Source: an uncultured Phycisphaerales bacterium
Lineage (GTDB): Bacteria; Planctomycetota; Phycisphaerae; Tepidisphaerales; Tepidisphaeraceae
Assembly (NCBI GenBank): GCA_963791055.1
Contig: CAWBQI010000003.1
Coordinates: forward strand, 804,570-868,569
Direction of reading: 5' to 3'
Length of the DNA: 64,000 nt
The position numbers and the translations under genes were made by a program. Numbering within the stretch: the stretch's first letter is position 1; the number at the start of each line of letters is the position of its first letter. Under the pieces are notes generated by a model. It saw only the letters and a list, made by a program, of their open reading frames with translations. It was not told the origin of the DNA and ran no database searches. Shown here one piece after another: positions 47,966 through 58,099 of the stretch.

Positions 47966-48138
47966 CTATTCTAGTTGCCTCCACGGCAAAATAAATACGC
48001 ATTCCCATATCTAAAATCGTCAATATGCGGCATTTTTGCCCCGACCTAGATTTTTTTGTTGCATTACAGGCAACAAAGCCGGTAGATTGCCACCCCGTGG
48101 AAGATCAGAGCGAACATGCAACGGCTCCGGAACTCAAG

Positions 48139-48726
48139 ATGCTGGGTTCCCGGCTGCGGGAATTGCGTTCAGCAAAGGGCTGGACCTTGGAGGAATTGGC
48201 CGAACGCAGCGGCCTTTCCAAGCCGTTTCTTTCGCGGCTGGAAAGCGGTGACCGCCAGCCTTCCATCGCTGCTGTTTTAACTCTGGCAAGGGTATTTGGG
48301 GTACCAATGGGGAGCCTGTTTGACGTTAAGCAGGATGATGAAAGCTGTTTGGTTGTTCGGGTCGGCGAGACGACCGTTCAGCACGGCAATGGCATCGAAT
48401 ATCTTCCATTATCCGGGGCCTCACGATTCAACCTCCAACCAATGCGGGCGATGATCTCGCCGTTGCGGCAAGGCTCGGAGAAATATCAGCACGACGGCGA
48501 AGAGTGGCTCTACGTCTTGTCGGGCCGGCTTCGCTTGCAGGTGGGAGACCGGGAATACCAGCTTGAAAAGGGTGATGCGGCCCATTTTGATTCACGTCAA
48601 CCGCACCGGCTCGATGCCTTGGACGGGCACGAGGCCGAGGTGATTTTAGTCGCTTGTCCAATTCCAACCACGCTCATTTCCCGTCGGGAGACGGGTCAAC
48701 TGATGACCGCCGGGCTATTGGGTTAG
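48139..48726 (+). CDS. XRE-family HTH + cupin-domain transcriptional regulator
   Basis: LRELRSAKGWTLEELAERSGLSKPFLSRLESG HTH. C-terminal cupin G-x5-H-x-H...E...H-like fold. The start was moved to the internal ATG. Confidence 0.8.
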   Translation: MLGSRLRELRSAKGWTLEELAERSGLSKPFLSRLESGDRQPSIAAVLTLARVFGVPMGSLFDVKQDDESCLVVRVGETTVQHGNGIEYLPLSGASRFNLQPMRAMISPLRQGSEKYQHDGEEWLYVLSGRLRLQVGDREYQLEKGDAAHFDSRQPHRLDALDGHEAEVILVACPIPTTLISRRETGQLMTAGLLG

Positions 48727-48863
48727 CTCGGATATTGTTCTCGACGCGGCGCGGATAGCGGAAACGAAACGAAAACCAGCGGCGGAAGAGGAAGGCTCGC
48801 GTAACGGCGCTGGCAGCAATGTGCTGCCGCGCGCGTTCGCTCACGCGGTCCAGGTGAGGTTTA

Positions 48864-50420
48864 TTGCAGGAGTCCGCCATGAGCGATGCCACAGTTGGTC
48901 CTAAAGCCGGCGCTTACGCCGAAACGGTCAAAAACACCCACACGAAGCTCAAGCACAACGCGTTGAATTTCTGGGAGGTTTCCGCCCAGGCCGTCGCGCT
49001 GATTTCTCCCAGCATGACCGCCGCGTTGATCGTGCCCCTGATGTTCGGAACCGCCGGCACCGCCGGATGGCTCTGCTATCTCTTCGGCACCGTCATGCTG
49101 CTTTTCGTGGCGATCAGCCTTAACCAGTTCGCCAAGCGATACACATCCGCCGGAAGCATGTACGAATACACCGTAAAAGGCCTGGGCCCGAAAATCGGCG
49201 GAATGTCCGGCTGGTGCCTGATCTTCGCTTACATGTTCATCGGAATCGCCGGCGTCACGGGCTTCACGCACTTCGCGTCGATGCTTCTTAGCCAGGCCGG
49301 CGCAACTGGTTATCTAGCGCATCCCTACATAACGCTCTTTGCCATCTGCGTGGTTCTCTCCTGGTTTCTCGCATACAAGGACATCACATTCTCAACGGTG
49401 CTCATGCTGATTTTGGAAGGCGTTTCCGTCACGGTCATCATGATTCTGGCGATCGTCGCCCTGAGTAAGACCGGCTTCGTCGATACCGCTCAGCTTCATC
49501 CCACTCAAGGTCACGGTTTCATGGACATCGGCTTAGGCGTCGTCGTGGCAATCTTCAGTCTCGTCGGCTTCGAGTGTGCCACCGCCTTCGGCGAAGAAGC
49601 CAAGAAACCGCTGATCACTATTCCTCGCGCCGTCATCGCCAGCCTACTGCTCACCGGTGCGTTTTTCGTCTTCATCACCTACGTCGAAACCCACGCGCTC
49701 GCCAACAACAATCCCACGCTCGATCAGCTCACCGCTCCGCTGACCACGCTGAGTCAAAACCTCGGCATGGGCTGGATGGGCATCGTCATCGAAATCGGCG
49801 CCATGACCAGCTTCTTCGCACTGGCCATGTCCTGCTTGAATGCCGGCTCCAGAATCCTCTTCACGATGGCGCGCTACGGCATCTTTCCCATCTCCTGGGG
49901 AAGCAGCCACAAGCACAATCTTACGCCACACGTTTCCTTGACGGTGTTTGGCATCATTCAGTTCTTTATCCCCACGGCGTTCATGTTGTTCTCCTACTCC
50001 GGTGGTTATGTGCATGATGGAATTTGCCTTCCAATTGATGCGTTCAACGCCGCCGGGCTCTTCGGCGCGATGGGATTCAGCGGCGCGTACGTTTTGATCT
50101 CTCTCGCCACGCCCTTCTATTTAAAGAAGATTGGCGAATTGAAAGCTTGGCACATCGTCGTCTGTGTCATGGCCGAGCTGCTCCTCGTCGTCCCGATCGT
50201 CGGCCTCGTCTACCCTGTTCCGCCGTTCCCGGCCAACGTGCAGCCTTACATCTTCGGCGGGTATCTCTTGCTCGGAATCTACATCATCTTCTCCAGGAGC
50301 AAGACCACGGCTGAAATCGCCAGCGTCCGAAAAGTCCTCGAAGAGCATGCGATGGCCAAGACGGAAGATGCACCGGTGTCTCCAATGATGCCTCCGGGCG
50401 CCGAGCCGGCGTTGGCATGA
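48864..50420 (+). CDS. APC-superfamily amino acid permease
   Basis: 12 TM. Amino-acid-permease-type N-terminal region. Confidence 0.85.
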   Translation: MQESAMSDATVGPKAGAYAETVKNTHTKLKHNALNFWEVSAQAVALISPSMTAALIVPLMFGTAGTAGWLCYLFGTVMLLFVAISLNQFAKRYTSAGSMYEYTVKGLGPKIGGMSGWCLIFAYMFIGIAGVTGFTHFASMLLSQAGATGYLAHPYITLFAICVVLSWFLAYKDITFSTVLMLILEGVSVTVIMILAIVALSKTGFVDTAQLHPTQGHGFMDIGLGVVVAIFSLVGFECATAFGEEAKKPLITIPRAVIASLLLTGAFFVFITYVETHALANNNPTLDQLTAPLTTLSQNLGMGWMGIVIEIGAMTSFFALAMSCLNAGSRILFTMARYGIFPISWGSSHKHNLTPHVSLTVFGIIQFFIPTAFMLFSYSGGYVHDGICLPIDAFNAAGLFGAMGFSGAYVLISLATPFYLKKIGELKAWHIVVCVMAELLLVVPIVGLVYPVPPFPANVQPYIFGGYLLLGIYIIFSRSKTTAEIASVRKVLEEHAMAKTEDAPVSPMMPPGAEPALA

Positions 50421-50606
50421 TGCCTAAGCAGTTGCCACTAGCGCCGACGGTGTTCCCGTCATAAACGACCGGCACCGTCGGCGCGGCATGAACGTGGTTC
50501 CGCGGCATTCGCAAAGTCTGGCGGCGAAATTCCGTCTCTAAATTCGATTGGTTTACTTGATCGACCAAGTTGATCGAAGTCGCGGGGCCGAGCATGATTA
50601 TCGCCC

Positions 50607-51425
50607 GTGGACACACCGATCCCATCTGGAGATCAATTGCCCCACCTCGCGAGCATCTCCATCTATCCAGTGAAATCCATGGAGCCGGTATTGCTCCCGG
50701 AGGTTCGTGTTCTGCGCAGCGGAGCGCTCGAAGGTGACCGCGGCTTTGCATTTTTTGACTCCGAAGGAAAATTCATCAACGGAAAACGCAATGCGAAAAT
50801 CCATCTGCTGCGGTCGAAATACGATTCCTTCACCGGCGAGCTTTCTCTGGGCCGCGCTGAGACCGGCCTGACCGCGGTGTTTCACGCTGATCGCCAGCGG
50901 GAAGAGATCGAAGCCTGGCTGGCCGAATTCTTCGGCATTCCCGTCTCATTGCGCCGCAACGGCGAGGTCGGATTTCCCGACGATCTCGACTGCCCCGGCC
51001 CGACAGTGATTTCAACGGCAACGCTGAGCGAAGTCGCCTCCTGGTTCAAGCCGCTGGACACCTGCCAACTTCGATTGCGGATCAGGGCCAACCTGGAAAT
51101 CGGCGGAGTCCCGCCGTTTTGGGAGGATCGGCTCTATGGGGTCAAAGGTTCATTGGTGCGTTTTCGGATCGGGGAGTGTCTGTTCGACGGCAACAATCCT
51201 TGCCAGCGTTGTGTGGTTCCGCCGCGCGATCCATTCACAGGCGTGAACATTCCCGAGTTCGCCAAAGTTTTCGCAAAGAAGCGGCAAGAAAATTTGCCCG
51301 AATGGGCCGAAAAATCGCGATTTAACCACTTCTACCGCCTGGCGGTGAACACTATAGTGCCCGCCGATCAGGCGGGAAAAATGGTCCGCGTGGGCGATGA
51401 AGTGCAAGTCGTCAAAGATGTTTAG
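50607..51425 (+). CDS. MOSC domain protein (N-terminal beta-barrel + MOSC)
   Basis: IYPVKSM N-terminal motif and conserved C-terminal Cys region (NPCQRCVVP). Confidence 0.8.
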   Translation: MDTPIPSGDQLPHLASISIYPVKSMEPVLLPEVRVLRSGALEGDRGFAFFDSEGKFINGKRNAKIHLLRSKYDSFTGELSLGRAETGLTAVFHADRQREEIEAWLAEFFGIPVSLRRNGEVGFPDDLDCPGPTVISTATLSEVASWFKPLDTCQLRLRIRANLEIGGVPPFWEDRLYGVKGSLVRFRIGECLFDGNNPCQRCVVPPRDPFTGVNIPEFAKVFAKKRQENLPEWAEKSRFNHFYRLAVNTIVPADQAGKMVRVGDEVQVVKDV

Positions 51426-51514
51426 CGGCCGCGCTTGTCTACCCTGAGCTTGTCGAAGGGCCCGCCGTGAGACCGCATTTCAGATTTTCGCCGCTCCTCG
51501 CTATCATCTTATTC

Positions 51515-51961
51515 ATGCGATTGGGATTCACCGACACTCTTTCCGCGGCCCTCCTGCACGCGGACGAACAGGCCAGGAAGCTTGGACACGACTTCGTGGG
51601 AACGGAACATTTGCTGTTAGGGATTCTGACCGGCAAGTCCGGCGATGCTTTTCGATCCCTTCAGGCCGAGACCAACGTCGAGCAATTGTTGCCCGAGCTT
51701 ATCAGCGCATTACCCGAAGGCGGGGCACACGCGGAGATTACCGGCCGCCTTCCCCTGTCACCCAAGGCGCAACGCGCGGTCAACACGGCAATTTCCGAGG
51801 CCCAGGCCGCCGGACAAACGGCGGTCTCCACAAGATTCCTGCTCCTGGCGTTGCTGGGGGAATCTGACTCCGCCGTCAGTGAGATCCTCACCGACGGCGG
51901 CGCGGACCTCGACGAGTTACGCGGTCTGCTCTCCCGCCCCAACGGAAACGCGGAACATTAG
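51515..51961 (+). CDS. Clp N-terminal (Clp_N repeat) domain protein
   Basis: Two Clp_N repeats (FTDTLSAALLHADEQARKLGHDFVGTEHLLLGIL... and LSPKAQRAVNTAISEAQAAGQTAVSTRFLLLALL). Confidence 0.7.
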   Translation: MRLGFTDTLSAALLHADEQARKLGHDFVGTEHLLLGILTGKSGDAFRSLQAETNVEQLLPELISALPEGGAHAEITGRLPLSPKAQRAVNTAISEAQAAGQTAVSTRFLLLALLGESDSAVSEILTDGGADLDELRGLLSRPNGNAEH

Positions 51962-51969
51962 GTCGGCGT

Positions 51970-52908
51970 ATGTCGGAGCTTTTTTGCGACCGCCTGCTCG
52001 ATGCGATTGATTACTCACAGGCTCCGATATGCGTGGGAATCGATCCGATCCTCGAATCGCTTCCCGAGTCAGTACGCGAAAAATTCCAGTCGCGCGATGA
52101 CGCCCCAGAAGCCGCCATCGACGCGATCTTTGATTTCACGGCTCGCGTGCTCAAAATCGTCGTGCAGCACGTGCCGATCGTGAAATTTCAATCCGCTTTT
52201 TTCGAAAAATATCTCTGGGAAGGCGTGGAGTCGTATTTCAGCCTGATTCAGGAGGCCAAGGACCTGGGCCTATTGGTCATCGGCGACGTGAAACGCGGCG
52301 ACATCGGCTCCACGGCGACCGCTTATGCGGCGGGACACTTGGCGGAGCAAACCGGCGGGACCGACTCCGAGATCGCCACACCCGATGCGATCACGGTGAA
52401 TCCAATGCTTGGCCTGGACGCGTTGGAACCGTTCATAAAGACCGCCAAAGATTTCGCCAAGGGGCTTTTTGTCCTGGTAAGGACAAGCAATCCCGGCTCC
52501 GGCGAATTGCAGGATGCGAAACTGGAATCCGGCCGGACTTGGTCGGAAATGCTCGCGGAGAAACTGGCCCCGATCGCCGCTGATCCGGCGCTGGTCGGAT
52601 CGCGCGGCTGGAGCAGCATCGGCGCGGTGGTAGGCGCCACGCAGACGCATACGATGCAGAGCCTTCGCCAGATACTGCCGCAGTCAATCTTCCTGGTTCC
52701 CGGCTATGGCACACAGGGTGCCACGGCCGAGATGACCCGGGCCGCTTTCAAGGACGGCCAAGGCGCGATCGTCTCCTCCAGCCGAAGCATTCTTTACGCC
52801 CACAAAATCGAAAAATATTCCTCGCAATTCGGCAACAACTGGGAAAAATGCGTGGAGGCGGCGGTTGTGGATATGAAACGGGACATCAGTCAGGTCATCG
52901 GTGCTTAG
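51970..52908 (+). CDS. pyrF: orotidine 5'-phosphate decarboxylase (type 2)
   Basis: ICVGIDP, VIGDVKRGDIGST and PGYGTQGA motifs. 312 aa. Confidence 0.9.
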   Translation: MSELFCDRLLDAIDYSQAPICVGIDPILESLPESVREKFQSRDDAPEAAIDAIFDFTARVLKIVVQHVPIVKFQSAFFEKYLWEGVESYFSLIQEAKDLGLLVIGDVKRGDIGSTATAYAAGHLAEQTGGTDSEIATPDAITVNPMLGLDALEPFIKTAKDFAKGLFVLVRTSNPGSGELQDAKLESGRTWSEMLAEKLAPIAADPALVGSRGWSSIGAVVGATQTHTMQSLRQILPQSIFLVPGYGTQGATAEMTRAAFKDGQGAIVSSSRSILYAHKIEKYSSQFGNNWEKCVEAAVVDMKRDISQVIGA

Positions 52909-54217
52909 CCATTCGTCATTTGCCGGCAAACGAATCACCGTTGCCGGGCTGGGCCGGTTCGGCGGTGGAATCGCGGTCACGCGCTGGCTCTGCTCGCAGG
53001 GTGCGAATGTTTTAGTAACCGACCTGGATACGAAGGAAAATCTCAGCGAATCATTGCGGCAATTGGAGGGATTGCCGGTCGAATACCGCCTTGGCGAACA
53101 TCGGGAGAAGGATTTTGCCGGTGCGGATATCATCGTCGCATCCCCGGCGGTTCCCCTGCAAAACAAATTTACTCAAGCCGCGCGATCCGCCGGAAAAATC
53201 GTCACCACCGAAATCCGCCTCTTCATCGAGCGATGCCCCGCCAGGATCATCGGCGTCACCGGCACCAAGGGGAAATCCACCGCCACCGCCATGCTCGGCC
53301 GAATGCTGGAACCGATCACCAAAACCTGGGTCGGCGGCAACATCGGCAAATCCCTGCTGGCCGATCTCGAAAAAATCGGAAAAGACGACTTGGTTGTTCT
53401 CGAACTGTCCAGCTACATGCTGGAATATCTGCGCGACATGAGATGGTCGCCGCACGTCGCGCTGGTGACGATGATTTCCAGCGACCACCTGCCCTGGCAT
53501 GGTTCGCAGGAGGCGTACGTCGATGCCAAGCGCAACATCATCCGCTTCCAGCAGCCCGAGGATATCGCAGTTCTGAACGAAGATGATCCGACGAGCGCCG
53601 GGTTTGCACTGGAAGCGGCGGGGAAAATTATTTTCTACGGCCTCAAGCGGCGGAAGAGATTCGACCTACTGATTCCCGGCCTGCACAATCAGATCAACGC
53701 CCAGGGAGCATTCACAGTCGCGTCGATTTTCGGAGTCGATTTCACGCAAGCCCAGCAATCCCTGGCCGATTTCGCGGGCTTGCCCCATCGTTTACAGCGT
53801 GTCCACCAATCGGGCGGCGTCACATATTACAATGATTCGATCGCGACGATTCCCGAAGCCGCCGTCGCCGCGCTGGAATCCTTTCCGAGCAAGAAGGTCA
53901 TCCAGATCGTCGGAGGCTACGGCAAAGACCTGCCGATTACAGCGCTGTGCGCCTCCCTCATCAATCGCGCCAAGGCCGTTCTGTGCATCGGCGCCACCGG
54001 CCCGTCGATCGCCGACTTGTTGGAACAATCCCCCTCGCAACACGCCGCCGTCACCTACCGCTGTGGCGATCTCGCCACCGCCGTCACCATCGCCAGGCAA
54101 ATCGCCACCCCCGGCGACATTGTGCTGCTAAGCCCCGGATTTAAAAGCTACGACCAGTTCGTGAATTTCGAGCAGAGGGGGGATGAGTTTACGAGGCGGG
54201 TGCGAGATCGCGGTTAG
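52901..54217 (+). CDS. murD: UDP-N-acetylmuramoylalanine--D-glutamate ligase
   Basis: GLGRFGGG N-terminal Rossmann motif and GVTGTKGKST ATP-binding motif. Mur ligase C-domain. Confidence 0.9.
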   Translation: MLSHSSFAGKRITVAGLGRFGGGIAVTRWLCSQGANVLVTDLDTKENLSESLRQLEGLPVEYRLGEHREKDFAGADIIVASPAVPLQNKFTQAARSAGKIVTTEIRLFIERCPARIIGVTGTKGKSTATAMLGRMLEPITKTWVGGNIGKSLLADLEKIGKDDLVVLELSSYMLEYLRDMRWSPHVALVTMISSDHLPWHGSQEAYVDAKRNIIRFQQPEDIAVLNEDDPTSAGFALEAAGKIIFYGLKRRKRFDLLIPGLHNQINAQGAFTVASIFGVDFTQAQQSLADFAGLPHRLQRVHQSGGVTYYNDSIATIPEAAVAALESFPSKKVIQIVGGYGKDLPITALCASLINRAKAVLCIGATGPSIADLLEQSPSQHAAVTYRCGDLATAVTIARQIATPGDIVLLSPGFKSYDQFVNFEQRGDEFTRRVRDRG

Positions 54218-54840
54218 GCGGGATTGGCCGCCGCGAATACAGCTTTCGCATCGGCGGTGAATCCTTGCAAAAGCGATGAATGAACCAGGCCGTTCCCAAT
54301 TTTTTCGCTGAAAGTGACATAGTTGCCATTCTCCAGTTTCAGAACGCTGATCGTTTTGCTTCTTGGATCAACGATCCAGTATTCCGGGATACCGGCGTCG
54401 GCATATTCACTTCGTTTGGTCTGCAAATCGCGGGCGGGATCGTCCTCGCTCACGACTTCCATGACAAGGTCAGCCCCCTGCCAAAAGCGATTGCCAACTT
54501 TCGAAATATTGGATTGAAGCGCGAATAGAACATCAGGCTCTCGAAACTTTCCTTCGCCGATCTTGAGCCGGAGCGGTGACATGATCGCCCGGCCCAGATT
54601 TCGTGGCCCAATGAACGAACGGAGCAGATTAACTAGAAACAGAACGATCTCCTGATGCTCCAGAGTGGGCATTGCAAGTACCTCTATCCGGCCGTTGGAA
54701 AATTCGGCCACACGTCTTGTGTGATCTGTGAGAAATAGATAATCACCTTCGCTAAGATCGCCCTGGTTGGGAAAGAGCTCCGCAATCTGCCAGGCAGGTT
54801 GGGCAACGGTGTCCGCTAATGGGGAGCGAATGGATGCCAT
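54214..54840 (-). CDS. Uma2 family endonuclease (DUF820, putative restriction-endonuclease fold)
   Basis: PDV.F....W.GADLV.EV.S motif and overall Uma2 layout. Converges on murD with overlapping stops. Confidence 0.75.
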   Translation of the reverse strand: MASIRSPLADTVAQPAWQIAELFPNQGDLSEGDYLFLTDHTRRVAEFSNGRIEVLAMPTLEHQEIVLFLVNLLRSFIGPRNLGRAIMSPLRLKIGEGKFREPDVLFALQSNISKVGNRFWQGADLVMEVVSEDDPARDLQTKRSEYADAGIPEYWIVDPRSKTISVLKLENGNYVTFSEKIGNGLVHSSLLQGFTADAKAVFAAANPA

Positions 54841-54900
54841 GGTTAGACGCCTCAACGAAGATTATACCATGGTGGAGCGTAACCGGCATTTGTTTTGGCG

Positions 54901-55728
54901 TTACTTTTCCGCCGGAATCAATTCCAACTCCGCCCACGCCAGCGGATGATCCGAAGCCCCCTTATCGATCAGCCCCGAATCCAGGCTGCGCATCCCGCGG
55001 GCAAAGATCCGGTCAAAACTGTCGCTATGTGAGTCCCCAATCGGATCAATCACGTCAAGGGATTTTCGCAAGGAATCGATTTGCGGATCGTTTGGCGTCA
55101 AATTCAAATCACCCATGAGAATCACCGGCTCCTGCATGGATTGGAACAGCGAAATGACGGTGGCTAATTCGTTTTCGAGATCATCGTGGCGCTCCAGGTG
55201 CGTGATAAGCACGTTGAGCGGCTTACCTGCAAATTCAAGGCGGAGAACCAGCACTTCGCGATTACTATCGGCGGTTTCGTTCGAAAGAGGGAATCGTTGC
55301 CAATGTTCAATCGAAAGAGTGGTCAGCGCACCATCACCAAACGCATCGTGCCACCACTGGCGTTCGACGGGGGCGAACAGCGCCGGCATGTTAAGTTTTT
55401 CGCCGAGGATCTCCGCTTGGTTGGATTTCGAAAACGGCCCGCAGCCGTGAACCTCTTCCATTCCGATCAGATCAAATCCGCGCATCGTGTCAGTCGTGGC
55501 ATCGCCCGATTTGCCGTCGATATTGAACGTCGCCACGCGAAGAACATCCCCGCTGGGCCGGCTTGCGGGCGCGGGTCCGACGAATGATGTCCCGGACGCC
55601 CCCCCCAACGGTATCTTTTGCGAGCCCTGCCAGGCCATGAATCCGGCGACGATGATGAGAAAGATCGCAATTCGCCCCGCCGTAAATCGCCGGCCCCGGC
55701 CGTTTGGAAATCCCGGTGTCGTGCTCAT
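54901..55728 (-). CDS. endonuclease/exonuclease/phosphatase (EEP) family protein, membrane-anchored/secreted
   Basis: N-terminal TM/signal. VATFNIDG...GMEEV and SDHPLAWAELEL EEP catalytic motifs. 4-nt overlap with the upstream GT2. Confidence 0.75.
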   Translation of the reverse strand: MSTTPGFPNGRGRRFTAGRIAIFLIIVAGFMAWQGSQKIPLGGASGTSFVGPAPASRPSGDVLRVATFNIDGKSGDATTDTMRGFDLIGMEEVHGCGPFSKSNQAEILGEKLNMPALFAPVERQWWHDAFGDGALTTLSIEHWQRFPLSNETADSNREVLVLRLEFAGKPLNVLITHLERHDDLENELATVISLFQSMQEPVILMGDLNLTPNDPQIDSLRKSLDVIDPIGDSHSDSFDRIFARGMRSLDSGLIDKGASDHPLAWAELELIPAEK

Positions 55729-56489
55729 CGCCCCACCTCGCTCAATTCCTCGGTTCGCTCCAATTGCGACTCGACTTCATACCCCAGCATTCTGCTCTTC
55801 ATCCAGCGGATCGCCAGCAGATCGTGAAAACTTTTGAACAGCCGATTCCACACGCCATACTTGCTTTGACCGTGCAGCCGTGGATTGCTGGCCACCGGAA
55901 TTTCAGTGACGGTGAATCCCTCCATTTTCAAAAGCGTGGGGATGAACCGGTGCAGGCCGCGATAGAGCTTCAATTTCGCCACGCATTCCCGGCGGAAGGC
56001 CCGATACGTGCAACCGGCATCGGAAATCTGTTCATTGGAGAGCCTATTCCGGACCCAGTTGGCGATTCGACTGGACGCGACGCGGAGAAAATTATCGCCC
56101 TGGCCGCGGGATGCGACACGGGTCCCGCAGACGCAGTCAAACCCCCGGTCCAGGGCCTCAAGAAATTTCGGGATATCCCTGGGATCGTTCTGAAGATCAG
56201 CATCCATGGTCATGACAAAACGCCCTCGCGCCGCCCGCAGACCCGCATCGCTGGCGGCGGTTTCGCCGCGATTGGCCTTGAATTTTATGCCGCGCACACG
56301 CGCATCGCGCCCAACCAGCATCTCGATTTGCTTCCAGCTTGCATCGGTGCTTCCGTCGTCGACGAGAATGATTTCGGCGGAGATCTCCGCGGGATCGATA
56401 ACCTGAACGATCGCCTCATGGAGCAGCGGAATATTCTCCGCCTCGTTGAATATCGGAACGCAAATGCTGAGCACGGGCTGCAAATTCAT
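55725..56489 (-). CDS. GT2 polyprenyl-phosphate aminosugar/sugar transferase (ArnC-like)
   Basis: LSICVPIFNEAENI, VDDGSTD and MDADLQNDP motifs. The start was moved to the internal ATG (complement 56487-56489), which gives a 4-nt overlap with the LAB_N gene. Confidence 0.85.
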   Translation of the reverse strand: MNLQPVLSICVPIFNEAENIPLLHEAIVQVIDPAEISAEIILVDDGSTDASWKQIEMLVGRDARVRGIKFKANRGETAASDAGLRAARGRFVMTMDADLQNDPRDIPKFLEALDRGFDCVCGTRVASRGQGDNFLRVASSRIANWVRNRLSNEQISDAGCTYRAFRRECVAKLKLYRGLHRFIPTLLKMEGFTVTEIPVASNPRLHGQSKYGVWNRLFKSFHDLLAIRWMKSRMLGYEVESQLERTEELSEVGR

Positions 56490-56836
56490 CGGACATCGGC
56501 CGTCGCCGCCTCCCGCCGCTTGCGATAAACCAGCATCAAATTGCGCGAGTACGGAATGATATTCAGGACGTAACCGGCGATTCCAACTGAATCCTGCTGC
56601 CGGAGAAAATACGCCAGGCACAAAATAGTGCCGAACAAGCTTTGCCACCAGAACGCCACCGGGATTCGGCTTTCCTGGTGCTTCTCGCTGTAAAGCCATT
56701 GAACGATAAACCGCGTTCCAAACGTACCGATGCCGGCAAAGCCGATGGCCTTCCAGAGCCAGTAGTTGTCCTGGTACGGCATCCTGAATATCGCGACGCT
56801 GGTATAGATAAGCAAAAGTTCAGACATGTTTTTCAA
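56486..56836 (-). CDS. lipid-A-disaccharide-synthase N-terminal (LAB_N) domain small membrane protein
   Basis: 116 aa, 3 TM. W..IGF.G...F..RF.VQWL.SE pattern. Confidence 0.65.
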   Translation of the reverse strand: MKNMSELLLIYTSVAIFRMPYQDNYWLWKAIGFAGIGTFGTRFIVQWLYSEKHQESRIPVAFWWQSLFGTILCLAYFLRQQDSVGIAGYVLNIIPYSRNLMLVYRKRREAATADVR

Positions 56837-57969
56837 AACCTGCGCGGTCTACTGGCCAACACGAGGATTTCGCGCAAAAACGATTTGATCGTGCTGCAAA
56901 TGGCGACAACCTCCGATTCGCCCAACGACGGGAACATCGGAATGCTGAGGATGCGCTTGACGAATTCTTCGGTCCGGGGAAGAGCCGGCTGTTTGCCGAA
57001 ACGATCGGTGACTGCCGGCTGCAAATGGTTCGGCACGGGGTAGTGAATCCCGCTCTCAATACCCTGCTCCCTCAGATATCGAGCCAGGGATTCGCGCACG
57101 TCGTGATTCTCCAGCCGGATGACGAACATGTGATAAACCGACTCGGTCTCCGATGAATCGATCGGCGGAAGAATGACCTCATTTACATTCGCAAGTTCGC
57201 GCCGATACCACTGCGCGACCCGCCGACGGCCGGCGTTCAAATCGTCCAGCACCTTCAATTGCTCCCGCCCCACCGCCGCCTGAATTTCGTTGAACCGAAG
57301 GTTGAACCCAAACTTTTCGTGCAGGTATTTATCCTTCCGGCCATGGTTTCGGAGCATGATGACCTGTTGCGCGGTTTGTGCGTCATTGGTCAGGACCGCC
57401 CCGCCGTCGCCGTAAACGGTCAGATTCTTCGACGGATAGAAGCTGATCGCCGAATGAGTCCCAAAGCTGCCGGCTCGCTGGCCTTTCCATCGGGCCCCAT
57501 GCGATTGAGCGCAATCCTCGAGAACCCAGAGCCCGCGTTCCGCGGCCAATCTCAATATGCCATCGATATTGGCCGGGCGGCCGTAAAGATGCACGGGCAG
57601 AATACCCACGGTTTTATCCGTGATCTTGTGCCGAGCATCTGACAGATCGATCGTGTAGGTTTCATCAATGTCGCAAAAAACCGGCTTTGCGCCGACATGG
57701 ATCATCGGCTCCACGGTCGGAAACGCCGTCAGACTGGGGACAAGAATCTCATCGCCGCTTTTAACCCCCTGCGCAATGTGCAGCAGATGAACGGCCGCCG
57801 TCCAGGAGGACGAAAGCACCGCATGCTGTACGCCGAAATACGCCGCCAATTCGCTCTCGAACGCCTTGCATTCAGGCCCGAGGATATAATTTCCCGATCT
57901 GACGACCTGCAATATGCGATTGTCAATCTGTTCCGATTGATGGACTCGCGACAACGGAATTTTGACCAC
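56833..57969 (-). CDS. DegT/DnrJ/EryC1/StrS PLP-dependent aminotransferase (ArnB-like), intact
   Basis: 378 aa full length. PLP-lysine region SFYPSKNL and conserved N-terminal ...GPECKAFE..LA. Confidence 0.9.
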   Translation of the reverse strand: MVKIPLSRVHQSEQIDNRILQVVRSGNYILGPECKAFESELAAYFGVQHAVLSSSWTAAVHLLHIAQGVKSGDEILVPSLTAFPTVEPMIHVGAKPVFCDIDETYTIDLSDARHKITDKTVGILPVHLYGRPANIDGILRLAAERGLWVLEDCAQSHGARWKGQRAGSFGTHSAISFYPSKNLTVYGDGGAVLTNDAQTAQQVIMLRNHGRKDKYLHEKFGFNLRFNEIQAAVGREQLKVLDDLNAGRRRVAQWYRRELANVNEVILPPIDSSETESVYHMFVIRLENHDVRESLARYLREQGIESGIHYPVPNHLQPAVTDRFGKQPALPRTEEFVKRILSIPMFPSLGESEVVAICSTIKSFLREILVLASRPRRF

Positions 57970-58099
57970 TGGCCAGCCGCTCCCTTTTTATTCCCCACCC
58001 TCAACACGACAGAAAATACGGCGTCGGTTCCTTGAAAACAAGACCGGCTGCACCATACCAGTGGCAAGGGCCAACCGGAAGGCCTAATATGCCGGATGA

